This document shows positions 42,059-54,074 of a stretch of 64,000 nucleotides of DNA, one piece after another. The first letter of the stretch is position 1. The number at the start of each line of letters is the position of its first letter. This DNA is from an uncultured Alistipes sp. Its GTDB lineage: Bacteria; Bacteroidota; Bacteroidia; Bacteroidales; Rikenellaceae. The position numbers and the translations under genes were made by a program. The stretch is taken from positions 1,737 to 65,736 of the forward strand of contig CASELE010000007.1 in assembly GCA_949288735.1 (NCBI GenBank), read 5' to 3'. The notes beneath the pieces were generated by a model. That model was given only the letters and a program-made list of their open reading frames with translations, did no database searches and was not told where the DNA came from.

Positions 42059-42668
42059 GGCGTTTGGTTCGTTTGATGCGTGCGGTGTGGCACAGCTCGT
42101 CGTAGATGCGGGTGCAGACCCAGGCATCGGTGGCGGCGTAGAGCTTCTGCTTGTCGGTGAGTGTGGCGGCTTCCCAGTTGCTCAGCCGCTGCGCCTTCGA
42201 GACGCGTTCGCCCAGCACGATGGCCGAGAGCTTGCGCAGACTCCGCTCCTCGATACCCCACTCGGGGGCTATGGTCTGCAGGTCGACGAATCCGCCGTCG
42301 GCGAAGAGCTTGATCTTGCGCAGCGAGCGGAGATCGCCCGCCACGTCGGCGCCGATTTTCAGAATCTCCTTCGATTCGAGCAGCCGGACGATAGCCTTGT
42401 CGAAGGGTATGCGGTTGAGCCGGAAAAGGTAGCATACTTCCGGCGTGGAGAGTTGCAGCAGCGAGACCCGGTAGGTGACACCCGGCCGGAACGAGGGCCG
42501 CGTCTCGGTGTCGAAGCCCAGAACGGGCTCCGCGGCCAGACGGCGGCAGGCGGCGTCGATGTCGCGCTCCTCGTCGACCACGCGTATCTCGCCCCGGAAT
42601 TCGATGGCGGGCAACGCGGAGGTCTCCTCGTTGGATATGGTGGCTGCGAATCGGTTCTTTCTGTTCAT
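42027..42668 (-). CDS. 3'-5' exonuclease (DEDD, WRN/RNase D-like)
   Basis: LGFDTETRP, LLQLST, FVDLQ, SNWE..YAATDA. Confidence 0.92.
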   Translation of the reverse strand: MNRKNRFAATISNEETSALPAIEFRGEIRVVDEERDIDAACRRLAAEPVLGFDTETRPSFRPGVTYRVSLLQLSTPEVCYLFRLNRIPFDKAIVRLLESKEILKIGADVAGDLRSLRKIKLFADGGFVDLQTIAPEWGIEERSLRKLSAIVLGERVSKAQRLSNWEAATLTDKQKLYAATDAWVCTRIYDELCHTARIKRTKRHDTANTPAQR

Positions 42669-42685
42669 GCGAAGGACAAAGATAC

Positions 42686-44734
42686 TCATTTTCCCGTCAG
42701 CTTCCCGTTCGGCAGAAGCGAAATTTCGTCCGAGGCGAGCAGTGACTCCACTGCTTCGGCCACGGCGTCGGGTTCCGCGGCGAAGTGCCGGGCCAGCTCT
42801 TCGGGCCGCATCGGTTCGCCGGCAAGCAGTTGCACGATCGAACGCCGGTCGACGACCGGCGCGCCGTTCCGCTTCCGTCGGGCGATGCAGCGGTCGCAGA
42901 TGCCGCACGGTACGGGGCGCTCCTCGCCGAAGTAGCGCTCGAGCAGGACGCTGCGGCACTCCGTCCCCGTGTCGTCGGCGTAGGAGAGCATCCGGTCGAA
43001 CCGTTCGCGCATCAGCTCCTCTCTCCGGCGGTAGGTCTCGGGGGCGATGTATAGATCCCTCTCCGGAAGACGCTCCTCGTCGAGATGGATCAGCGGCGAA
43101 CGGTCGGCGGGTATGTAGCGGATCAGCCGCTGCTGCCAGAGGAGCTTCAGCAGTTCGCGGACCCGGTCTTCGGTGTAGCCGCTCCAGAGCGCGAGCACGC
43201 CCGTGTCGATGGGGCGGAAGTCGGTGAAGATACCGTCGTAGAGCCGCAGCAGCGTGCGGATGATGTGATCGAGATCGTTGCGCCGTACGCGGATGCGGTA
43301 GAGATCGTCGCGGCTGACGCAGAACATCACGCGGGCCGGGCGCTCCTGCTCGTCGATGAGGGTGAGATACCCGTTCTGCTGGAGCAGCTTCAGGGCGTTG
43401 CGTACGGTACCGGCGTAGAGATGTTCGCGGGCGCAGAAGTCGTGGAGATCGAAGCGGTAGGAGGTGTCGGCCCCTTCGCCTATTCCCACCTCCAGACGGG
43501 AGCAGATGCGCCCGTAGATGGAGCGCACCTGTTCCAGGGGCGGGAATTCGGCCTCGAAACGGCGGACGATGCGTGCCTCGTCGTCGGGGGCGACCAGCAG
43601 TACGGCATAGCTGCGGCGGCCGTCGCGTCCGGCGCGTCCGGCCTCCTGGTAGTAGCTTTCGAGCGAGTCGCAGAGCGTGTAATGGATGACGAACCGGACG
43701 TCTGGCTTGTCGATACCCATACCGAAGGCATTGGTGGCGACCATGATGCGCAGGCGGCCTGCGAGCCATCCCTCCTGCCGTTCCGACCGTTCGGCGTGCG
43801 TCAGGCCGCCGTGGTAGGACGCGGCGGTCTCGCCCTCGCGGCGCAGCAGTTCGGTCACCTGTTCGGCCCCTTCGCGCGTGCGGACGTAGACGATGCCCGG
43901 GCCCTCCACGTGGCGCACGATGTGGAGCAGCTGCCCCTCCTTGTCTTCCGTGCGGCGGACGCTGTACGACAGGTTGGGCCGTGCGAAACTGCTGCGCAGC
44001 ATGCGGGGCTCGGCGAAACGGAGCTGCCGCATGATGTCTTCGGCCACGGCCGGCGTGGCCGAGGCGGTGAGCGCCAGCACGGGCGTTCCGGCAGGCAGCA
44101 GATCGCGCAGTTCGGCGATACGCAGGTACGAAGGCCGGAAGTCGTATCCCCACTGGGAGATGCAGTGGGCCTCGTCCACGGCCAGCAGCCGCACGCGCAT
44201 GCGGCGCAGCCGTATGCGGAAGGTCTCGGAGGCGAGCCGTTCGGGGGCGACGTAGAGAAACTTCACGTCGCCGTAGACGCAGTTGTCGAGGGCGATGTCG
44301 ATCTGACGGGGCTGAAGTCCCGAATGGATGGCCACGGCCGGAATCCGGGAGGCGCGCAGTCGGTCGGTCTGGTCCTTCATCAGGGCGATCAGCGGCGTGA
44401 CGACGATGCAGAGCCCCGGACCGGCAAGTGCGGGCAGCTGGTAGGTGAGCGACTTGCCGCCGCCCGTGGGCATCAGCGCCAGCGTGTCGTGCCCGTCGAG
44501 CACCGAGCGAATGATGCGCTCCTGCATGGGACGGAACGAGTCGTAGCCCCAGTAGCGTTTCAACAGGGCGAGGAGCTCTTCGTGCGTCGGTGCGCCCGTC
44601 TGCCGGGGTCCGGTCCCGGCCGGCGCCGCCGCCTCTCCGCCGGCCTCCCGTGCCGTCGTGGCGGCCGGGGAGGCGGGAAGCCTCTCCTTTCCGTCGCTTC
44701 GGGATTCCCTCTCTTCCGTTTTGCCGCTTTCCAT
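42686..44734 (-). CDS. RecQ-family ATP-dependent DNA helicase (second paralogue)
   Basis: TGGGKS, DEAHCISQWGYDFR, QEAGRAGRDG, Cys cluster CR..CGICDRC; start placed at ATG 44734. Confidence 0.93.
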   Translation of the reverse strand: MESGKTEERESRSDGKERLPASPAATTAREAGGEAAAPAGTGPRQTGAPTHEELLALLKRYWGYDSFRPMQERIIRSVLDGHDTLALMPTGGGKSLTYQLPALAGPGLCIVVTPLIALMKDQTDRLRASRIPAVAIHSGLQPRQIDIALDNCVYGDVKFLYVAPERLASETFRIRLRRMRVRLLAVDEAHCISQWGYDFRPSYLRIAELRDLLPAGTPVLALTASATPAVAEDIMRQLRFAEPRMLRSSFARPNLSYSVRRTEDKEGQLLHIVRHVEGPGIVYVRTREGAEQVTELLRREGETAASYHGGLTHAERSERQEGWLAGRLRIMVATNAFGMGIDKPDVRFVIHYTLCDSLESYYQEAGRAGRDGRRSYAVLLVAPDDEARIVRRFEAEFPPLEQVRSIYGRICSRLEVGIGEGADTSYRFDLHDFCAREHLYAGTVRNALKLLQQNGYLTLIDEQERPARVMFCVSRDDLYRIRVRRNDLDHIIRTLLRLYDGIFTDFRPIDTGVLALWSGYTEDRVRELLKLLWQQRLIRYIPADRSPLIHLDEERLPERDLYIAPETYRRREELMRERFDRMLSYADDTGTECRSVLLERYFGEERPVPCGICDRCIARRKRNGAPVVDRRSIVQLLAGEPMRPEELARHFAAEPDAVAEAVESLLASDEISLLPNGKLTGK

Positions 44735-44847
44735 CCGCACAAAGGTACGTATTCCGTCCGAAACGGACAAGGTCGGAAGGGAAGAGGGTCCGAATTTGCG
44801 GATTTCGGAAAAATGGCTATTTTTGCACGGAACAATCCTTTCAGACA

Positions 44848-45114
44848 ATGAAGATACGCGACGAATACAAGGTACGGGAGATAGCGGGCGAACACGTGGT
44901 CATCATGCAGGGCCGTTACGGTGCCGACATGACGAAGGTCATATCGCTCAACGAATCCTCGCTCTATCTGTGGAACGAGCTGCATGGCCGTGATTTCGAA
45001 GCGGCCGATGCGGCCCGCCTGCTGACCGACCGTTACGGCATCGACGAGGCGACGGCACTGCACGACGCCGAAGCCTGGGTCGTCAGGCTCGGCGAGTGCG
45101 GACTGCTCGTCTGA
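44848..45114 (+). CDS. PqqD-family / RRE-like small protein
   Basis: REIAGEHVV..VISLNESSLYLW..L..RYGID...D..AW...L...GLL pattern; TATTTTTG box 44818-44825. Confidence 0.85.
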   Translation: MKIRDEYKVREIAGEHVVIMQGRYGADMTKVISLNESSLYLWNELHGRDFEAADAARLLTDRYGIDEATALHDAEAWVVRLGECGLLV

Positions 45115-45140
45115 GCATTGCGGCGCATACGTACAGACGC

Positions 45141-45530
45141 ATGGGGAAGGGGAGATTTCATAAGGTATGGCTGACCTCGACGCTCTGCTGCCTGCTGCTG
45201 GCGGCCGGAGCGTTGCTTCCGTCATGCCTGTGTCCTCCGTCCGACAGTACTGCGGGATGCTGTGCCCGCGCAGAGCGTGCGGCGGTCCGTCCGGAGTGCT
45301 GCTACGATCTCCCGGCCGGGCAGTTTCTCTGCGCTTCGGTGCCTCTCCCCGAACGTGTGGGCTCCTCTGACGGCTGCTCCGGCGCGGCGCTTCATTCCGC
45401 CGGCCCGGTATGCGCGGAGCCGCTCCGCGGCATGTGGTCCGAGCTCCTTCTGCAGCGCCGCACGCCTCTCTCTTCGAGTGCCGCGCACCCGCCGCATGCC
45501 TTGCGCGCCCCTCCGGTGACTGGCCGATAA
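45141..45530 (+). CDS. Cys-rich upstream ORF with C-terminal RAPP arrest-like motif (DUF2946/CruR-like)
   Basis: 129 aa, hydrophobic N-terminus, 11 Cys (CC, CxC, CC, CC), ends LRAPPVTGR; RAPP codons 45504-45515. Confidence 0.75.
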   Translation: MGKGRFHKVWLTSTLCCLLLAAGALLPSCLCPPSDSTAGCCARAERAAVRPECCYDLPAGQFLCASVPLPERVGSSDGCSGAALHSAGPVCAEPLRGMWSELLLQRRTPLSSSAAHPPHALRAPPVTGR

Positions 45531-45594
45531 CCCGCTACGGGCAGCGTCGTGCGCGACGTTGCCGCAACGAGTTTTCACCAGTCATACGGATATC

Positions 45595-47934
45595 ATGAAC
45601 AAAGACAAGGCAAAGATACTGTTATCCATACCGATGCTTGTGCTTCTGTGCGGCACCGTACGTGCGCAGGAGGTGCGAGGCATCGTTCGCGGAACCGACG
45701 GCAAACCGCTGATCGGGGCCTCGGTCCATTGGGCCGGTACAACGGTCGGTACGGGTACCGACGCCTCCGGAGCCTATGCCCTGCACCGGCTGCAGGGTTA
45801 CGATCGTCTCGTGGCGTCGTACCTGGGCTGCAGGAGCGACACGCTCCGCATCGCCGAAGGTGCCGCCCCGGCCGATTTCATGCTCCAACCCGACGGACTC
45901 GCTCTGGAGAGCGTCGTCGTCGAAGCGGCGCAGAGCGGAAATTACATCCGCCGCGACGGCATCGCAAAGAACGAGACCATCTCCTTCGCGGGACTCTGCA
46001 AGATGGCCTGCTGCAACCTTGCGGAGAGTTTCGAGAACTCCGCCTCGGTGACGGTAGGCTACAGCGACGCCATCTCGGGTGCGCGACAGATCAAGATGCT
46101 CGGCCTGGCGGGTACCTACACCCAGATTCTCGACGAGAACCGGCCGGTCATGCGGGGCTTGAGCGCCCCGTACGGGCTGAGCTATACGCCCGGCATGTGG
46201 CTCAATTCGATACAGGTGTCGAAGGGTATCTCCTCGGTTACGGCCGGCCACGAGGCCGTGACGGGACAGATCAACCTCGAACACCGCAAACCGACCGACG
46301 AGGAGCGGCTCTTCGTCAATCTCTACCTCGACGACGAACTGCGTCCCGAGGCCAACATCTCGACCGCGCTGCCCGTCTCACGCGACGGGCGCCTCTCGAC
46401 CGTGGTGCTGCTCCACGGTTCGATGGATACGCACGTGCGCGAACCGGACCATAACGGCGACGGGTTCCTCGACATGCCGAAGAGCGACCAGATCAACGTG
46501 GCGAACCGCTGGCTGTGGAGCGCTCCCGGCGGCGTGCAGCTCCGCTGGGGTTGGAAGTACGTGCGCGAAAACCGTTTGGGCGGCATGACGGAGTACCGTC
46601 GTTCGCTCTACGGACAGATGATCGAACGGCTCTTTACCGACAATCCTCTCTACGGTTCGGAGATACGCAACCGCGGGGCCAATGCCTATCTGAAACTCGG
46701 CGTACCTTTCGGTCCCGCGCTCTACGACGGAGAGAAGCAGAGCGAGCTGCGTTCGAACCTCGCCCTCGTGGTCGACTACGACCGTTTCGACGAAGAGTCC
46801 TATTTCGGGCTGAACGATTACGACGGGGTCGAAAACACCCTTTCGGCCGACCTCATGTACAATCTCTACCTCACGCTGCGTTCGTCGTTCATTGCGGGTG
46901 TGCGGGCGCGCCTTCAGCGCTTCGACGAGACGCTGCTCCACCGTGTGCCCGATTTCGGGTCGCGGAGCATCGTCGGGAAGCGGATGACGATGGATCGCAG
47001 CGAAGACGAGTTCGGCGCCTATGCCGAGTATACCTATACGCTCGGCGACCGTCTTTCGGTCGTGGCGGGTGTGCGGGGCGACTACAGCACCTTCTACCGA
47101 TGCGGCTACTTCACGCCCCGTGGGCAGGTGAAGTGGAACGTCACACCTACCACGACGCTCCGTGCCTCGGCCGGGATGGGCTATCGGTCGACCAATGTCG
47201 TTACGGACCATATCGGCATCCTGGCTACGGGACGCCGTATCGTGATGCCGGCCGATTTCGGCGCGTTCGACCGCATGGAGCGGGCCGTCACGGCGGGCGG
47301 CAGCCTGACGCAGACCTTCGACCTGATACGTTCGGAGGCGGCGACGCTCAGCTTCGACTACTTCCGCACGCAGTTCTTCAATTCGGTGGTCGCCGACCAG
47401 GAACGCGATGCGGAGCATATCTATATCTACGCCACACACGGCCGTTCCCGGACGGACAGCTACCAGCTCGACTTCACGTGGACACCCGTCGATCGGCTCG
47501 ACCTCTTCGCCACGTTCCGCTATACCGATTCGAAGATGACCCTCGAACGTGCCGACGGGTCGCGTGCCCGTGTCGAACGGCCGCTGGTAAGCCGTTACAA
47601 AACGCTTGTCAACATACAGTATGCCACGAAGTTCCGCCGTTGGGTCTTCGATGTGACGGCGCAGCTCAACGGTCCGGCCCGTATCCCGACCCAGACGGGC
47701 GATCTGGCCGATTCGTACCATTCGCCGGCCTACCCGGTCCTCTTCGCGCAGGTGTCGCGCAAGGTGGGGAAATTCGACCTCTATCTGGGATGCGAGAATA
47801 TTGCGGACTACCGGCAGCACCGGCCGATTCTTGCGGCCGACGCCCCCTTTTCGACGGCCTTCAACTCCTCTCTGGTATGGGGCCCGCTCATGGGTCGCAA
47901 GCTCTATGCGGGGATGCGCTTCAATCTCTATTGA
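45595..47934 (+). CDS. TonB-dependent receptor, probably metal-related
   Basis: Signal peptide, carboxypeptidase-like N-domain, plug KMACCNLAESFEN, C-terminal GMRFNLY. Confidence 0.92.
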   Translation: MNKDKAKILLSIPMLVLLCGTVRAQEVRGIVRGTDGKPLIGASVHWAGTTVGTGTDASGAYALHRLQGYDRLVASYLGCRSDTLRIAEGAAPADFMLQPDGLALESVVVEAAQSGNYIRRDGIAKNETISFAGLCKMACCNLAESFENSASVTVGYSDAISGARQIKMLGLAGTYTQILDENRPVMRGLSAPYGLSYTPGMWLNSIQVSKGISSVTAGHEAVTGQINLEHRKPTDEERLFVNLYLDDELRPEANISTALPVSRDGRLSTVVLLHGSMDTHVREPDHNGDGFLDMPKSDQINVANRWLWSAPGGVQLRWGWKYVRENRLGGMTEYRRSLYGQMIERLFTDNPLYGSEIRNRGANAYLKLGVPFGPALYDGEKQSELRSNLALVVDYDRFDEESYFGLNDYDGVENTLSADLMYNLYLTLRSSFIAGVRARLQRFDETLLHRVPDFGSRSIVGKRMTMDRSEDEFGAYAEYTYTLGDRLSVVAGVRGDYSTFYRCGYFTPRGQVKWNVTPTTTLRASAGMGYRSTNVVTDHIGILATGRRIVMPADFGAFDRMERAVTAGGSLTQTFDLIRSEAATLSFDYFRTQFFNSVVADQERDAEHIYIYATHGRSRTDSYQLDFTWTPVDRLDLFATFRYTDSKMTLERADGSRARVERPLVSRYKTLVNIQYATKFRRWVFDVTAQLNGPARIPTQTGDLADSYHSPAYPVLFAQVSRKVGKFDLYLGCENIADYRQHRPILAADAPFSTAFNSSLVWGPLMGRKLYAGMRFNLY

Positions 47935-47955
47935 CAAACCGAAACAAGTGATGAT

Positions 47956-48312
47956 ATGAAACGAATGACAATGGCGGCGCTCATGCTCCTGCTCGTGGCG
48001 GGAGGTACGACCGTGCTCCGGGCCCGGCAGCCTGAGCGAAAGAAGACAGTGACCGTGGTTTTCGATGCGGACGTTACGTGCGAGAACTGCGTGCGCAAGA
48101 TCATGAACAACGTTCCGTCGCTAGGCCGAGGCATCCGCGACGTGCGGGCCGATGTCGGGAAGGGCGAGGTGACGGTACTCTTCGATCCTGCGAAAAACAG
48201 CGTGGAACGCATCGCCCGAGGGCTTGCCTCGCTCCGTGTGGAGGCCGAGCCGAAGAGCCTCGACGGACGACCTCTTTCCGACGGGGCGCAGCATCCGACG
48301 GAACGCGAGTAG
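47956..48312 (+). CDS. Exported heavy-metal-associated (HMA) domain protein
   Basis: Signal peptide; DVTCENC (CxxC) in HMA context; VTVLFDP. Confidence 0.88.
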   Translation: MKRMTMAALMLLLVAGGTTVLRARQPERKKTVTVVFDADVTCENCVRKIMNNVPSLGRGIRDVRADVGKGEVTVLFDPAKNSVERIARGLASLRVEAEPKSLDGRPLSDGAQHPTERE

Positions 48313-48327
48313 CCGGTGCGGCCCGAC

Positions 48328-48371
48328 GCGAAGAAGCCGGACTACCTGGATGGGTAGTCCGGCTTCTTCGC
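48328..48371. terminator. Hairpin between convergent HMA and MBL genes
   Basis: 19-bp perfect stem GCGAAGAAGCCGGACTACC/GGTAGTCCGGCTTCTTCGC. Confidence 0.8.
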
Positions 48372-48389
48372 ATTCCGGGGGACATGCCG

Positions 48390-49133
48390 TCACTCCATGG
48401 GGCGGATGCGGATTTCGGTGAATCCTTCCACCTCGCGGGCGAGCCGGTCGAGATCGGTGCGCTCCTCCACCTCGCCGTAGTGATAGGGGTAGAATATGCG
48501 GGGCCGGAGCGTGCGAACGGCCTCGACAGCCTGATCCACGGTCATGGTGTAGGGCTGGTTCACGGGCAGAAAGGCGATATCGAGATCTTTCAGTGCGGCC
48601 ATTTCGGGTGTAGGCTCCGTGTCGCCTGCGATATAGATGCGCGAGCCGCCGATTGTGAGTAGATAGCCGCAGTCGCCGCGTTCGCGCGGGTGGAACTGCA
48701 GGTGTCCCTCCGAAGTGTTGTAGGCGGCGACGGCCTCGATGTGCAGATAGGGCCGCGGCTCGGCCGTTGCGCCCGGTTTCATGACGAGACATCCGTCGCC
48801 GAGATCGGCAGCCGATACGCTGTCGCATACGACAAGGGTCCCGCTGTCGCTCAGGGCCTCGATTGCTGCGCGGTCGAGATGGTCGTAGTGGTTGTGGCTG
48901 ACGAGAATGAGGTCGGCCTTGGGCAGACGGGCGTAGTCGGCGTAACCCGTTACGGGATCGGTGTAGATGTACTTGCCGTCCACTTCGATCGAAAGCGACG
49001 AGTGGTGGAAAAAGGTGAGAGTAAGGTTCTTGCCTTCGCGCGTGGTGAAGGTGTCGTGCGGATATTGCGGGGCATTGCCGCAACCGGTGGTGGTGAAGAG
49101 TGCCATGGTGCAAAGGATTTTTATGGGTTTCAT
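48390..49133 (-). CDS. MBL-fold metallo-hydrolase lipoprotein
   Basis: Lipobox TTTGC; SHNHYDHLD; IAGDT; YPYHY. Confidence 0.9.
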   Translation of the reverse strand: MKPIKILCTMALFTTTGCGNAPQYPHDTFTTREGKNLTLTFFHHSSLSIEVDGKYIYTDPVTGYADYARLPKADLILVSHNHYDHLDRAAIEALSDSGTLVVCDSVSAADLGDGCLVMKPGATAEPRPYLHIEAVAAYNTSEGHLQFHPRERGDCGYLLTIGGSRIYIAGDTEPTPEMAALKDLDIAFLPVNQPYTMTVDQAVEAVRTLRPRIFYPYHYGEVEERTDLDRLAREVEGFTEIRIRPME

Positions 49134-49215
49134 TGTGCGGATAACGTAGGCTTTCCCGACGAAGATAACGAAAAAAATCGGGATTGCCTCGTTCGGCGGC
49201 ATCTTGCGTGTGCTG

Positions 49216-50454
49216 TCAGCCGCGATCGAGTCCGCGCATGCGCCGCGACAGGAGACATGCTGTGCCGACGACGACAATGACGGCACCGGCGGCCGTGAAG
49301 GTGGAGCGGAGGCCCACCGAGTCGGAGAGGAATCCGGTGCCGAGCACCCCCAGTATGGCGGGCAGCAGGCTCACCGATGAGTAGAGCGAGAAGAAGCGGC
49401 CCTGTACGGCAGGGTCGATGCGCTCCTGTACGACCGAGACGAACGAGGCGTTGAAGACACTGCCCGCGATGCCTCCGATGGCGGTCAGAAGCGCGAAGAG
49501 AAGGAATCCGTCGCGGGGAAGCAGGCCCGAAAGGGCGAACGACAGACCTACGGCGATGTACATGAGAGCGATGAGCACGATGCGGTTGGCGCGGTATCGG
49601 CGCATTCCCATGATGACCCCGCCCAGAAGGGCCCCGCCTCCCCAGACAATCTCCACGATGCTCATCTCGACGGTGCCGCCGCCGAAGTGGCGGAGCGTCA
49701 TCAGCGGGAAGAGTACGCCTACCGGCATGATGAAGAGGAGCGCCACGACGGCCGAAACGACCAGTTGAGGCATGCCGCCGATGTGCAGGACGGCTGCGGC
49801 GCCGTCGCGCAGTTCGCGCCACAGACCGGGCCGCGCGGTCCGGTCGCGCGGCGGGTTGGGAATACGGATGAAGAGGAGCGACAGGCAGGCTACGGCGGCG
49901 CCGAGCACGTCGAGCAGCAGAATGCGCCCCATGTCGGCGACGGCCAGCAGCAGCGCACCCAGCGCGGGACCGGCGATGCACGAGAAGGAGTCGATTACCT
50001 GGTTGACCCCGGCAATGCGCGTGAATTCCGATGCGGGGGCGAGCTGCGGCACCGAGGCCCGCATGGCCGGAGAGTGGAAGGCCGAACCGGCCGAACGGCA
50101 GGCCAGCAGCAGGTAGATGTGCCACAGTTCGGCCCTGCCGCTGAAGAAGAGCAGCGCCAAAGCCAGCGTGCAGAGCGCGATGAAGGTGTCGGCTAGGATC
50201 ATGGTCCGCTTGCGATCCCAGCGATCCACGTAGACTCCGGCGAAAAGGCCCAGCACGGAGTGGGGCAGCATGCCCGCTACGGCAGCCAGCGCCAGCGTCT
50301 CGGCCGAGCCGGTTTCGAGACTCAGCCAGAAGATGACGGCGTAGCCGACCAGTTCGCTCGTCAGTATCGAGACCGCCTGTCCGACCCAGATGACGGCAAA
50401 GGTGCGCTTCCAGTTGCGCCTGACCGCGTCCTTGCTTGCATCCGTCTGCTTCAT
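49216..50454 (-). CDS. MFS efflux transporter, DHA3 / Mef-like
   Basis: WKRTFAVIWVGQ, GVYVDRWDRKRTMILAD; 12 TM. Confidence 0.88.
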   Translation of the reverse strand: MKQTDASKDAVRRNWKRTFAVIWVGQAVSILTSELVGYAVIFWLSLETGSAETLALAAVAGMLPHSVLGLFAGVYVDRWDRKRTMILADTFIALCTLALALLFFSGRAELWHIYLLLACRSAGSAFHSPAMRASVPQLAPASEFTRIAGVNQVIDSFSCIAGPALGALLLAVADMGRILLLDVLGAAVACLSLLFIRIPNPPRDRTARPGLWRELRDGAAAVLHIGGMPQLVVSAVVALLFIMPVGVLFPLMTLRHFGGGTVEMSIVEIVWGGGALLGGVIMGMRRYRANRIVLIALMYIAVGLSFALSGLLPRDGFLLFALLTAIGGIAGSVFNASFVSVVQERIDPAVQGRFFSLYSSVSLLPAILGVLGTGFLSDSVGLRSTFTAAGAVIVVVGTACLLSRRMRGLDRG

Positions 50455-50651
50455 GGAAGACAAAGGTAGTGCATGACCGTCATAAAAGCAAGTCTCCGCC
50501 GCCATGGTTCTCCCTTCCTCCCGGCGGTGACGGGCTACGTGCCCCGGCAGTCGGCGATGCCACGGCACGTGCGCGAATATACCGCGGCACGGCGGTTTTT
50601 CAGCCCGGTACTCTGCAGGAGCGGGCGCAGGAAGACATGTCCGGTTGCCGG

Positions 50652-50684
50652 AAAAAATGCGGAGCCCGTCGCGACGGGCTCCGC
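50652..50684 (-). terminator. Rho-independent terminator of rpmI-rplT
   Basis: Palindrome GCGGAGCCCGTCGCGACGGGCTCCGC preceded by A6 on plus. Confidence 0.8.
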
Positions 50685-50711
50685 TGCCGGAATCTCCTTA
50701 GGGGGAGATCC

Positions 50712-51056
50712 TTATTTAACCGCTTTTACGATGGCCTCGAATGCCTTGGGTTCATTCATCGCCAGGTCGGCCAGGACCTTGCGGTTCAGCTCGATGCCTT
50801 TGGCGTTGAGCTTCCCGATGAACTCCGAATAGGTCATTCCCTGCGCGCGGGCCGCTGCGTTGATACGCGTGATCCACAAGCTGCGGAACGTCCTCTTCTT
50901 GATCTGGCGGTGTGCATAGGCATACGTCAGACCCTTTTCGACCGTATTTTTCGCTACGGTCCATACATTTCCCCTTGAACCAAAGTTACCCTTGGCAAGT
51001 TTCAAAACCTTTTTCCTTCTTGCGCGAGACGCGACTGCGTTTACTGAACGTGGCAT
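50712..51056 (-). CDS. rplT: 50S ribosomal protein L20
   Basis: [34 protein letters not shown]. Confidence 0.99.
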   Translation of the reverse strand: MPRSVNAVASRARRKKVLKLAKGNFGSRGNVWTVAKNTVEKGLTYAYAHRQIKKRTFRSLWITRINAAARAQGMTYSEFIGKLNAKGIELNRKVLADLAMNEPKAFEAIVKAVK

Positions 51057-51173
51057 AAGCGATAAAGTTTTTGAGAGCTGTCTGCGATGCGGTTCTCCCG
51101 CATTCTTCGGGGCAGAGTCGCTCGATTGATTGTTTGGCGGCTTGCGTGGCCGGACTCCCGGAGAGACCCGTTT

Positions 51174-51368
51174 TTACTTTACCAGCAGGCTCTTGATTTT
51201 GGCCTCGTCGGCCGGCGAAACGATGCCCGAATAGCAGAGGTTTCGCTTCTGTTTCTTGGTTTTCTTGGTCAGGATGTGGCTGTGATAAGCGTGCTGACGC
51301 TTGATCTTTCCTGTGCCGGTGAAGGTGAAACGCTTCTTCGCCGCGGCATTTGTTTTCATTTTCGGCAT
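51174..51368 (-). CDS. rpmI: 50S ribosomal protein L35
   Basis: [27 protein letters not shown]. Confidence 0.99.
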   Translation of the reverse strand: MPKMKTNAAAKKRFTFTGTGKIKRQHAYHSHILTKKTKKQKRNLCYSGIVSPADEAKIKSLLVK

Positions 51369-51389
51369 GTCGCAAAAGTTTATGGTTAA

Positions 51390-54041
<2,652 letters not shown>

Positions 54042-54074
54042 GCTACACTTATAAAAGTATAAAATTACAGGAAA

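Noticed and set aside
44848-45114. PQQ or lasso-peptide biosynthesis cluster
   Set aside because: No pqqA/B/C/E, radical SAM, transglutaminase-like protease or asparagine-synthetase-like cyclase nearby.
49216-50454. Acquired mef macrolide-resistance gene
   Set aside because: Family resemblance only. GC-rich like the host, no msr partner or mobile element; likely a native DHA3 transporter.
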